A stretch of 32,000 bases of DNA from Isorropodon fossajaponicum endosymbiont JTNG4 (GTDB lineage Bacteria; Pseudomonadota; Gammaproteobacteria; PS1; Pseudothioglobaceae), in NCBI RefSeq assembly GCF_016592615.1, contig NZ_AP013043.1, positions 1,200,001-1,232,000 of the forward strand, read 5' to 3'. A model generated the notes under the pieces. The model was not told the origin of the DNA, made no database searches, and saw nothing but the letters and a program-made list of their open reading frames with translations. The translations under genes and the position numbers were made by a program. This document shows, in pieces, positions 1-8,241 of the stretch (its first letter is position 1; the number at the start of each line of letters is the position of its first letter).

Positions 1-794
1 CAGCAACCTCGGCCGTGCTTATTGGCGGTTTGGTTTCTGCTTTTTTAGGACCAGAACTTGCAATTCTAGGAAAGGATTGGTTTGATACCACCTTTGTTGG
101 CTCATTTTTACTACTCAGCATCTGTTTTGTACTTGCGTTCTTATTGCTGTGGTTTTATCAACCAAACCACGCACCTAAAGCCAAACAAAAGCAATCAGGC
201 AGAAGTTTAAAAAATATCATCAAACAACCTGTATTTATCGTTGCCATGTCCAGTGCTGCAGTAGGTTACGTTATTATGAGTTATATCATGACTGCCACAC
301 CAGTGAGTATGCATGTTATTGATGGCTTTTCATTAACACAAACTAAATTTGTTATCCAATCTCACGTTATTGCCATGTTTCTGCCGTCTTTATTTGCGCC
401 AATTATTGTCAAACTATTTGGGCTTAACAAAATGATGATAATTGGCATCATGCTATACCTGGTTTGTATTGTAATTGGCTATACTGGCCACAGTCTAAAT
501 AATTACTGGATGGCATTAATCCTCTTAGGACTTGGCTGGAACTTTTTATTTATCGGCGGCACCAGTTTATTACCACGCGCTTATCACGAGGATGAAAAAT
601 TTAAAGTACAATCCATCAATGACTTTCTAATTTTTGGTATGCAAGCCATGGCCTCATTATCAGTAGGTTGGTTTGTGTTTAATTTTGGCTGGGAAGTTGT
701 ACTATTATCAACCATTCCACTATTATTACTCCAACTATCGGTGCTATTGTGGTGGCTAAGAAAAAAACCAACACAGCCCCAAATAAAACTCTGA
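1..794 (+). CDS. MFS-type membrane transporter, C-terminal part (5' end lies outside the window)
   Basis: The frame is open from the window edge. The 259-aa ORF is almost entirely hydrophobic helices (e.g. FVIQSHVIAMFLPSLFAPIIV, MMIIGIMLYLVCIVIGY, ALILLGLGWNFLFIGGTSLL), as in the second half of a 12-TM permease. Family assigned by resemblance only. Confidence 0.55.
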   Translation, partial: ATSAVLIGGLVSAFLGPELAILGKDWFDTTFVGSFLLLSICFVLAFLLLWFYQPNHAPKAKQKQSGRSLKNIIKQPVFIVAMSSAAVGYVIMSYIMTATPVSMHVIDGFSLTQTKFVIQSHVIAMFLPSLFAPIIVKLFGLNKMMIIGIMLYLVCIVIGYTGHSLNNYWMALILLGLGWNFLFIGGTSLLPRAYHEDEKFKVQSINDFLIFGMQAMASLSVGWFVFNFGWEVVLLSTIPLLLLQLSVLLWWLRKKPTQPQIKL

Positions 795-879
795 TTTGAA
801 ATAATAGTACTCTTAAAGTAGCTCGTCTTTTATTAGACGTATGTATAAAAACCTCTACAACAAGACCTTTGCCCAATAT

Positions 880-902
880 ATAACCATATTTAATATGGTT
901 AT
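880..902. repeat. Perfect palindrome ATAACCATAT-tta-ATATGGTTAT (10-bp arms)
   Basis: Read directly. It lies in the intergenic region between the transporter stop (794) and the ATG of the cytochrome b gene (935). It could be an operator or a weak AT-only hairpin. Confidence 0.6.
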
Positions 903-934
903 TATTTATTCAAGCTTGACAACAACATGAAAGA

Positions 935-1542
935 ATGATGCATTCCAATAACACTAACATCAATATTATGACTAGAATTTTTCATTGGTTCCTAGTTGTT
1001 TTATTTATTACTCTTTTTATGACAGGTAATAACAATAATGGAGGTGATGCAATACATATTATCTCAGGCTATTCTATTTATTAACCAGCTTTGTACTAAC
1101 AAGAATTATTTGGGGCTTTATGGGTGATAAAAATGCCTTATGGGGTAATTACTTGCATAGCCCAAAATCAATACTCAATTACTTACTTAAACTGTCTAGT
1201 TCAACACCAATAGAGTTCAAAATACACAATCCTGCTGGCAGCATAATGATTTTAATAATGATGACTATGCTTGTCGCTATAGTTATAAGCGGCTTATTAA
1301 TACAAGGTCTATTTGAATTTAATAGTATATTTTTGTCGTTTGTTACTTATTTTAATGACCCACAAGCCTTTATTGCAAAAGAAATACACCTTGTTTTGTC
1401 ATACACCATGTTGATTGCAATTAGTTTTCACATTGTTGGCGTTCTTTACTCAAGTTATATTTATAAAGCAAACCTTCCAATGATGATGATTACTGGAGAA
1501 ACTACAGTTTTTAACAAAAAAGCCAATAATGAAACTATATAA
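935..1542 (+). pseudogene. Membrane b-type cytochrome (cytochrome b561 / Ni-Fe-hydrogenase b-type cytochrome family), frameshifted
   Basis: The segment from ATG 935 (MMHSNNTNINIMTRIFHWFLVVLFITLFMTG..HIISGYSIY) stops at TAA 1082-1084. The reading continues in another frame (..LLTSFVLTRIIWGFMGDKNALWGNYLHSPKSILNYL..HNPAGSIMILIMMTMLV..EIHLVLSYTMLIAISFHIVGVLY) to 1542. Together the two parts read as one His-bearing four-helix cytochrome b. Confidence 0.6.
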
Positions 1543-1915
1543 ATACATGATTATGCTGCCTTTATACGCCTTTAATGTCCACTCTGAAACAATAGATTTC
1601 AACCAATTGTATCGCTCATGGGGCGTTGATATTACAATGATAGATACAACTCAAGGAGAGCAACTTTGGAAACAAGAATTAATTTCCAATAAAAGCTGTA
1701 CAAGTTGCCATACTAACAATCTTAAAAAAAAATGGCGCGCATGTAAGAACTAAAAAAATTAATTAAACCCATGTCACCAAAAATCAACCAAAAAAAGATT
1801 AACTAACATCAAAAAAATAAACAAGTGGTTAAAGAGAAACTGCAAATTTACCTATAAAGGAGTGTGCACAGCAGTAGAAAAAGTTAATTTTATAGAATTT
1901 ATTAGAAAAAACTAA
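1529..1915 (+). pseudogene. DUF1924-like monoheme c-type cytochrome, multiple frameshifts
   Basis: Signal-peptide-like N-terminus and a CxxCH motif (CTSCH, 1697-1711). The frame breaks after the A9 run at 1724-1732. The remainder is readable only by switching frames at A7 runs (..KKLIKPMSPKINQKK.. then ..NIKKINKWLKRNCKFTYKGVCTAVEKVNFIEFIRKN-stop at 1913-1915). Confidence 0.55.
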
Positions 1916-1925
1916 GGAGAAAATT

Positions 1926-2494
1926 ATGTTTAAAAAATACTTAGCAATTACGTCATTATTCGCCATATCTTTTTATTCACTTTATAGCCAAGCAGATAAT
2001 ATTTTTAGTAACTTTTTTGGCAAAGAGCTAGATGTTGTTGCTCCAGTTAAGAATTCATTGTATTTAGAAGAATGTGGCGCTTGTCACTTTCCTTATCACC
2101 CTGGGTTATTGCCAGCCAGATCTTGGCAGAAAATGATGGGTAACTCATCATTACAAGACCACTTTGGTGAAGATATCGTATTTGATGAACAGCAGGTAAG
2201 AAAACAACTACCTAACTATATGATTACTAACGCAGCTGAATGCACCATTTAAGCGTTCACGTAAAATCATGAAGTCCCTATCATATGATGATGTACCATT
2301 GAGCATATTAAAAACACCTTACATGCGTAGAAAGCATAGCGATATACCCAAAAAATTGATTGCCCAGCCAAAAAGTAGGGACGCTCTCAAGCTGTGAAGC
2401 ATGCCATAAACAAGCCTCAAAAGGTAATTATGATGACGATCAGATCCGCATACCTAATGCTAATTTTTATTGGCAATTACAACATGATGATTAG
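1926..2494 (+). pseudogene. Diheme cytochrome c (DHC-type), two frameshifts
   Basis: AAGGAG RBS at 1914-1919 and ATG at 1926. Signal peptide and first heme motif CGACH (2073-2087). The ORF stops at 2252. The sequence continues in a second frame (..KRSRKIMKSLSYDDVPLSILKTPYMRRKHSDIPKKLIAQP..). A third frame carries the second heme motif CEACH (2393-2407) and ends ..YDDDQIRIPNANFYWQLQHDD-stop at 2492-2494. Confidence 0.6.
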
Positions 2495-3019
2495 AACAGA
2501 CTTTTCACTGCAAAATAGGCTGATAGTTCGTGTCGACCTTTTAAATTAGATTTTTGATAAATAGTCGAGGCTTGTTGTTGGCGTATTGTTTTTTCCTTAG
2601 TGCCTCTTATTTGGCTAATTTCTTCGAGGCTTAAGCCTTTTAACAACAACAACAATGCCACCTCTTGTTCAGATTTACTTAAAGACCACTCTTTAAATTG
2701 AATTTCTAGAACTTTAAATAACTCATTCTTAAAAATTTTAATTTGTTTGGAATAGGTTTTTTTATCCTTGTTTGCTTGTTGCAAATCCTGTTGCAAATCC
2801 TGCGTGTAACGGCTATTAATCACAATTTCATGCCAAAACAATATAGATTGCAATAATACACAAAAAAGCAATAATACCTTCGTGTAGCAAGTGCATAAGG
2901 CTATCACCCTCTATAATATCCTTAACAAATGGTATAGTATTTGAAAAAAAGATATAAATTAATGCTATCAAAACAATCTGCTTAGAGGGTACATTCTGAG
3001 TTTTTTGAGTCCTATTCAT
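2491..3019 (-). pseudogene. Membrane-anchored LuxR/GerE-type HTH regulator, apparently split by a frameshift
   Basis: The 63-aa ORF (3019..2828) has two hydrophobic helices. The 138-aa ORF (2907..2491) has a coiled-coil-like stretch followed by LSKSEQEVALLLLLKGLSLEEISQIRGTKEKTIRQQQASTIYQKSNLKGRHELSAY, a GerE-type HTH. The two frames overlap at 2828-2907 and join sensibly (..IIAFLCIIAIYIVL / FWHEIVINSRY..). A 12-bp tandem repeat (TTGCAAATCCTG x2, about 2779-2802) encodes QDLQQDLQQ. Confidence 0.5.
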
Positions 3020-4224
3020 TAAAACTCAATGCCTTCAATTTGTGCAATGGTATGGATATCTTTATCACCACGACCTGAAAGGTTAATAATGATATGTTTA
3101 TCTTTGCCTAATTCTTTTGCAAGCTTAATGCCATAAGCCACAGCGTGAGAAGATTCTAGTGCCGGCAAAATGCCTTCAATTTTGGTGAGCGTATGGAATG
3201 CCTCTAATGCCTCTTCATCAGTAATTGCCACGTATTGCACACGACCACTGTCTTTTAAATAGGCATGTTCTGGGCCAACACCAGGATAATCCAGACCTGC
3301 TGAAATTGAATGCCCCTCAATAATTTGCCCGTTTTCATCTTCCATTAAATAAGTGCGATTACCGTGTAAAACACCCACACTGCCTGCACAAAGTGGGGCA
3401 GCATGTGCAGTTGGACCTTTTTCTAAGCCATATCCTGCCGCCTCAACACCATAAATTTCAACTGAGGCGTCATCAATAAATGCATGGAACAAACCAATTG
3501 CATTTGAACCGCCACCCACACAAGCCACTAAAGCATCAGGCAAGCCACCCACTTGCGTGTTAAATTGTGCTTTTGCTTCTTTGCCAATAATGCTTTGAAA
3601 ATCTCGCACCATCATTGGGTAAGGGTGCGGGCCTGCGACTGTACCAATAATATAAAAGGTATCATCAATATTTGTCACCCAATCGCGCATCGCTTCATTA
3701 AGTGAGTCTTTGAGTGTTTTTGAGCCTGAAGTAACTGGAATAACCGTGGCACCTAACAATTTCATGCGAAACACATTGAGTGCTTGGCGAGCCACATCCA
3801 CCTCGCCCATATAAACTACACATTCTAGCCTCAAACGTGCTGCAACCGTTGCCGTTGCCACGCCATGCTGACCAGCACCTGTTTCAGCAATGATGCGTGT
3901 TTTACCCATGCGCTTAGCAAGTAGCGCTTGACCAATGGTGTTGTTAATTTTATGTGCACCCGTATGATTTAAATCTTCACGTTTAAGATAAATCTGGGCA
4001 CCACCTAGCTTCTTACTTAAATTTTGTGCATGGTAAAGTGGCGTTTCACGACCTACATAATGCTTTAAATCCTGCTCAAACTCATGAATAAAATCCTTAT
4101 CATCTTTATATTTAGCATAAGCATCTTTGAGTTCAGTAACGGCTGTCATGAGTGTTTCTGCAATGAAAACACCACCATATTGCTCAAAATGACCTTTATC
4201 GTCTGGTAAATTGTAATTACTCAT
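3019..4224 (-). CDS. trpB: Tryptophan synthase beta chain
   Basis: Full-length 401 aa with hallmark motifs ([16 protein letters not shown] containing the PLP lysine, [33 protein letters not shown]). Confidence 0.97.
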   Translation of the reverse strand: MSNYNLPDDKGHFEQYGGVFIAETLMTAVTELKDAYAKYKDDKDFIHEFEQDLKHYVGRETPLYHAQNLSKKLGGAQIYLKREDLNHTGAHKINNTIGQALLAKRMGKTRIIAETGAGQHGVATATVAARLRLECVVYMGEVDVARQALNVFRMKLLGATVIPVTSGSKTLKDSLNEAMRDWVTNIDDTFYIIGTVAGPHPYPMMVRDFQSIIGKEAKAQFNTQVGGLPDALVACVGGGSNAIGLFHAFIDDASVEIYGVEAAGYGLEKGPTAHAAPLCAGSVGVLHGNRTYLMEDENGQIIEGHSISAGLDYPGVGPEHAYLKDSGRVQYVAITDEEALEAFHTLTKIEGILPALESSHAVAYGIKLAKELGKDKHIIINLSGRGDKDIHTIAQIEGIEF

Positions 4225-5384
4225 ATTTTGGGAATGGTTTTTTTAATAATTGTAAATAGGACTTAAAAGCGAAAAGACGATTACGCTTGTTGCCCGTTAA
4301 CTCATTTAAAACATCAACTCTAACCAAATCATCAACGATATTTTTAGCAGTTGTTGCAGACACTGATAACTCTATCTTAACATCTTCCACCCTGACAAAT
4401 GGGGTTTCAAATAATTTTTCAAACATTTTTATATTATTGACCGACCTAGGAGCCAGTTTTTTCTTGAATTTTTTCACTCAGGCTTTCCTTAGGCTCTAAA
4501 GTTTCTATTAAAACGCCAACACTATGTTTGGTCGTTATTTCCACACCCTTAAGGAAAAATAATAACCAGCCCAACAAGTCATCCTTCATTCTAACTTGCA
4601 TCAGCCTTTGATAGTATTCATCCTTATTAGCTTCAAAAAATGCTGACATATAAAGCAAGGGCTTTGATAAGAGTTTTTTATCAACTAAATATAGTGGTAT
4701 TAGCATTCTACCAATTCTACCATTACCATCACAAAAAGGATGAATGGTCTCAAATTGATAATGAATAATAGCAATTTTTATTATTTTTGGAATGGCGATT
4801 TTATTATTTAGAAATTTTTCTAAATCTGACATCAGTTCATATACATCGTCTTGATGCGGTGGAATAAAATCAGCATTCTGAATACTACTTCCACCAATCC
4901 AATTTTGTGAAGTACGAAACTCTCCTGATAGTTTTTGCTTGCCCCTTCCTGATGATAGTAGTGTTGCATGTGCCTGTTGAATTAAACGCATGCAAATTGG
5001 TAGTTTATTTAGATTATTAATGGCACTTCGCACTGCGTTTATATAAAGAGTGACTTCGAGCCAATCATCTCTTTGCTCTATTTTAATGCCCTCCTCTTTT
5101 TTAAATGAATCCTCAATTTCAGTTTGTGTGCCTTCTATTTTGCTAGATAAAGTTGCCTCATTACTTATAAAACTCATGATAAACAAATCAATATTCGGCA
5201 CCAATCTTGTCATAGCATTCAATTCACCTAACAAATGGATAGATTTTTCTAACTGTACTTGTAAATTATTATTGCCAACTTCAAATGTGTGATTGATGCC
5301 GTTTGGCAAAAAGCATTGATACTCATGATGTTTTCCATTATTTTTAGATTGAAAGACGCCCGCCTTAAATTTTGATATCTTCAT
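4217..5384 (-). pseudogene. Class II Fic-domain protein (AMPylase family) with C-terminal winged-helix region, split by one frameshift
   Basis: Fic motif HPFCDGNGRIGR at 4707-4742 (minus strand). Auto-inhibitory [S/T]xxxE[G/N] motif SSKIEG at 5130-5147. The 312-aa ORF ends at 4446. The C-terminal wHTH-like part (..SVSATTAKNIVDDLVRVDVLNELTGNKRNRLFAFKSYL..) continues in another frame (4477..4217). The break lies at an A-rich run around 4450-4475. Confidence 0.8.
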
Positions 5385-5458
5385 GCTTAATATTTAGTAC
5401 AAAAAGTGTAATAAATAAATCTATATTTTACTTTTTAAGGAAAAGTGAAATAAATCTA

Positions 5459-6064
5459 TTATCTCATATTAGCTAAAAATTGTTTAATCTTGTTAATATC
5501 TTTAATACCTTTTGCACTTTCAACACCACTTGACACATCAACTGCATAAGGGTGCACTTGGTTAATAGCATCAGCCACCGTATTAGGGTTAAGCCCGCCC
5601 GCTAAAATAATAGGCAAATTAATATCAACCTTAGCCAAGTGCCAATCAAAATTCTCACCTGTACCGCCATAAATATCTTTGTTAAACGCATCCAATAACA
5701 AACCACTAGCCTGATGATACTCATCTGCCATTTTGGTGATATTAGTCTGCACATTCACACGCAACGCCTTAATAAACGGCATGGCATATTGGACGCACTC
5801 ATGCGCTGTCTCATCGCCATGAAATTGCAAAGTATCCAGTGGCACTTCACACAATACCTCGTCAATAAAGTGAGCGTCCGCATTTACAAACAAGCCCACA
5901 CGATTCACAAAGGGTGGCAATGCACTGACAATATCAATCGCAGTCTCTATATCAACACAACGCGGGGATTTGCCATAAAACACCAAGCCAATTGCATCAA
6001 TACCAAGCATGGCAGCTTGATTAGCATTATCTGCATTGGTGAATCCACAAACCTTAATTTTCAT
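5459..6064 (-). CDS. trpF: N-(5'-phosphoribosyl)anthranilate isomerase
   Basis: 201 aa. MKIKVCGFT..DAIGLVFYGKSPRCV..LQFHGDE..LLDA..GGTGENFDW..ILAGGLNPNTV..VDVSSGVE matches the TrpF TIM-barrel pattern. Confidence 0.93.
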   Translation of the reverse strand: MKIKVCGFTNADNANQAAMLGIDAIGLVFYGKSPRCVDIETAIDIVSALPPFVNRVGLFVNADAHFIDEVLCEVPLDTLQFHGDETAHECVQYAMPFIKALRVNVQTNITKMADEYHQASGLLLDAFNKDIYGGTGENFDWHLAKVDINLPIILAGGLNPNTVADAINQVHPYAVDVSSGVESAKGIKDINKIKQFLANMR

Positions 6065-6771
6065 TACTTACCTTCAGCGTCTAATTTTGCTTTAATCTTA
6101 TCTCTATCAACCCACCAATCATCAGCCACTAACTGATCAACAGCGCCTGAAAGTTTTTTCAAAAACACTTCTGGCTTGTCTAGTTGTAAGGTTTTACGCC
6201 ATAAATCAAACGTTGACTGATCAGTCACATGCGAATGCTCATCCGCAACAGATGCCATCATTTGTGAGGCGAAAAAAGTTAAATCATCATCCACACCACA
6301 GCGCATAGAAGTAATATAATGCGCCGTTGCAGCAGCAATGGCACGAGTATCTGCCTCTTTTGGCAACTCCTCAACCAAATGTTGTAGCATTGCAACAGTC
6401 AATTCTGGGTCAATTGGAAAAGTCACGCCTAACCACAACGCATGACCTAATGCCTTCAAAGCATCTGGCCCTTCGGATAAAAACATCACATCACAGGCCT
6501 CAACTGCCAATTCCCAAAGCTCATTATCTCTCGCGATATCAAAAGCACTAAAGGCCTTTTCCCAAGCATCTGAACCCTTATAACGCTCAACTTGAATCCT
6601 GCCAATCTCTAATAAATTCTTAATTTGTTCCTCAGCAGGCGTATCCTCAGTTTGCGCTTGGATTTGTTTTTCAAAATAATCTAGCCTGGACTGAAGCTGC
6701 TCTTCATTGGCATATAAATCCTCACCACCCTCAGCATCAAAAATCTGCTCTTTATTTAAGTATTTTCCCAT
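6064..6771 (-). CDS. Acidic hypothetical protein (235 aa), co-oriented with and overlapping trpF
   Basis: Long uninterrupted ORF with normal composition. Its stop overlaps the trpF start at 6064. I recognise no motif. Confidence 0.6.
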   Translation of the reverse strand: MGKYLNKEQIFDAEGGEDLYANEEQLQSRLDYFEKQIQAQTEDTPAEEQIKNLLEIGRIQVERYKGSDAWEKAFSAFDIARDNELWELAVEACDVMFLSEGPDALKALGHALWLGVTFPIDPELTVAMLQHLVEELPKEADTRAIAAATAHYITSMRCGVDDDLTFFASQMMASVADEHSHVTDQSTFDLWRKTLQLDKPEVFLKKLSGAVDQLVADDWWVDRDKIKAKLDAEGK

Positions 6772-6781
6772 CAGCTATCTC

Positions 6782-6964
6782 CTAATAAAAGGCCGCTTCT
6801 AAGCGGTCCTCCCAATTATCAGGCACATCCACATAATCAGGCTTCACATCCATCCTAAAAAACCGCTCATCAGATCCCTTAGACACCTGTTTCAAAACCA
6901 CAACCAACGCCTCAAAATTCTCCACTTGAGGATTGGCAATAATCACTTCACTTAACAATAACAT
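6782..6964 (-). CDS. Small hypothetical protein (60 aa)
   Basis: ORF ends 10 nt upstream of the 235-aa ORF on the same strand. No recognisable motif, so coding status is uncertain. Confidence 0.35.
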   Translation of the reverse strand: MLLLSEVIIANPQVENFEALVVVLKQVSKGSDERFFRMDVKPDYVDVPDNWEDRLEAAFY

Positions 6965-7074
6965 AATCTTTTAGTTGTAAAAATCTAGCATTTTACCGCA
7001 CATTCGCATCAACATCTTTATGCTCAATCTTGGTCAAAATACGTAAAGACTTTAATTGTATGGTGTTTTTTAAT

Positions 7075-7351
7075 TCAGCATGTCATGGACTCTAATTGAT
7101 CAGTATATGTATCGCTAAAGAATGTCCAATTTTCTTTAAAATTATTTTCTTCTAATGCATAAGTTAAATTTCTCAACAAGCCTTTACCAAATGCAACACC
7201 GCCTAAACACACTACACTATTTTCTTGGCAAAATTTCTCGATAAAAACTTCCACACGCCTTGCTTGTGGGGTGAACTGCTGTTGCGTCTGTGGTTTCTTT
7301 ATCTTTCGTTCTACTAGCACCATTCAAACAAACAATTTGATAATCATACAT
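7075..7351 (-). pseudogene. Hypothetical gene at the distal end of the RM island, apparently frameshifted
   Basis: A strong RBS (AAGGAG N6) precedes ATG at 7351, giving MYDYQIVCLNGASRTKDKE.. (44 codons). The 82-aa ORF 7323..7075 (..TPQARRVEVFIEKFCQENSVVCLGGVAFGKGLLRNL..) is in a different frame and lacks its own RBS. Function unknown. Confidence 0.3.
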
Positions 7352-7383
7352 AACACACTCCTTTTAATTATTTTTCAAAACCA

Positions 7384-8037
7384 TCATACTTTCTTAAATA
7401 CAAACAAATGCTCATGTTTAATTAACAAAAAATTATAATCTTTACTTTTATTAACCCAAAAGCTAGTTGCCTTGCAATTATGCTGATGTTTGATAATATC
7501 TTCTTTTAATTCAAACCCCGCATTAAAAAATCTTTGCATGACCTTAAACGCCAAAGGCTGGCACATTTTATTACGCCTAGTATCCCAACTAAAATAGCAC
7601 AGTATTTACCACGCTTCAACACCCGATAAAATTCTTTTGCAGCTTTTTCCATCTCATCACAAAACACATCAAAATTATGAATATATGGACAAATCCCTAC
7701 TATCGTTAATTCTTATTTTTATAGTTGGATTAAATTCACTCTCAAAATCAAGCGCAGTTTCTGTAATTTGGATTGCGTTTGGATTTATATCTAACGCCAA
7801 TAAATTCCTATTTAATAGTTTGCACTCTATAGCAGTTGTGCCACCACCAATCATAGGGTCAAGTAAATAATCACCTTGTTTTGAATACCTTAAAATTAAA
7901 TTTCTAACAACTTCTGGCGCCCAATTCCCCCTATATGTGCTTTTATGGGTTGCCCAATTCCCACGCCGAGGAAAACTCCATACTGTGGCACATTCTTGTT
8001 CAAAACCCTCAGGATTAAGTTTTTTTATTTTTGGCAT
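7384..8037 (-). pseudogene. N4/N6-type DNA methyltransferase (SAM-binding motif first), catalytic-motif region lost and frameshifted
   Basis: 8037..7675 encodes ..VWSFPRRGNWATHKSTYRGNWAPEVVRNLILRYSKQGDYLLDPMIGGGTTAIECKLLNRNLLALDINP.. (SAM motif DPMxGGGTT) and stops after ..INDSRDLSIYS. A second frame reads HNFDVFCDEMEKAAKEFYRVLKRGKYCAILVG. After a further 1-nt shift in a GGG run, 7566..7384 reads MCQPLAFKVMQRFFNAGFELKEDIIKHQHN..LFVFKKV. I found no (D/N/S/H)PPY catalytic motif between ..DSRDLS.. and ..FCDEMEK.., where related enzymes carry it. Confidence 0.65.
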
Positions 8038-8239
8038 CGTTCAAGTAGTCTCTATGTTTCAAAGTAGCAGATACTTCTAACTCTAAATAATCCAAAATCT
8101 TTTTTAAAGTCTTGTTATTTAGATTATAGCTTTTGATTGCTTGATAAAAATGCGCCCTTTCAAGTCCTAACGCCTTATAAACTTCACTAGGTTTCACGTC
8201 TCTTTTTATCAATTCAATCTTAATATCTTTCTCAAACAT
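8015..8239 (-). CDS. Small HTH DNA-binding protein (XRE/controller-like), 74 aa
   Basis: ..VKPSEVYKALGLERAHFYQAIKSYNLNNKTLKKILDYL.. looks like a helix-turn-helix. The ATG is 2 nt after the endonuclease stop. The 3' end overlaps the methylase start by 23 nt. Confidence 0.5.
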   Translation of the reverse strand: MFEKDIKIELIKRDVKPSEVYKALGLERAHFYQAIKSYNLNNKTLKKILDYLELEVSATLKHRDYLNDAKNKKT

Positions 8240-8241
8240 GA

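Noticed and set aside
679-876. 65-aa minus-strand ORF overlapping the 3' end of the transporter gene
   Set aside because: It is antisense to a strongly hydrophobic, clearly coding frame and has no independent support.
5714-6551. Plus-strand ORFs 5714-6136 (140 aa) and 6327-6551 (74 aa)
   Set aside because: They are antisense to trpF and the 235-aa ORF. The trpF assignment is motif-supported, while these have none.
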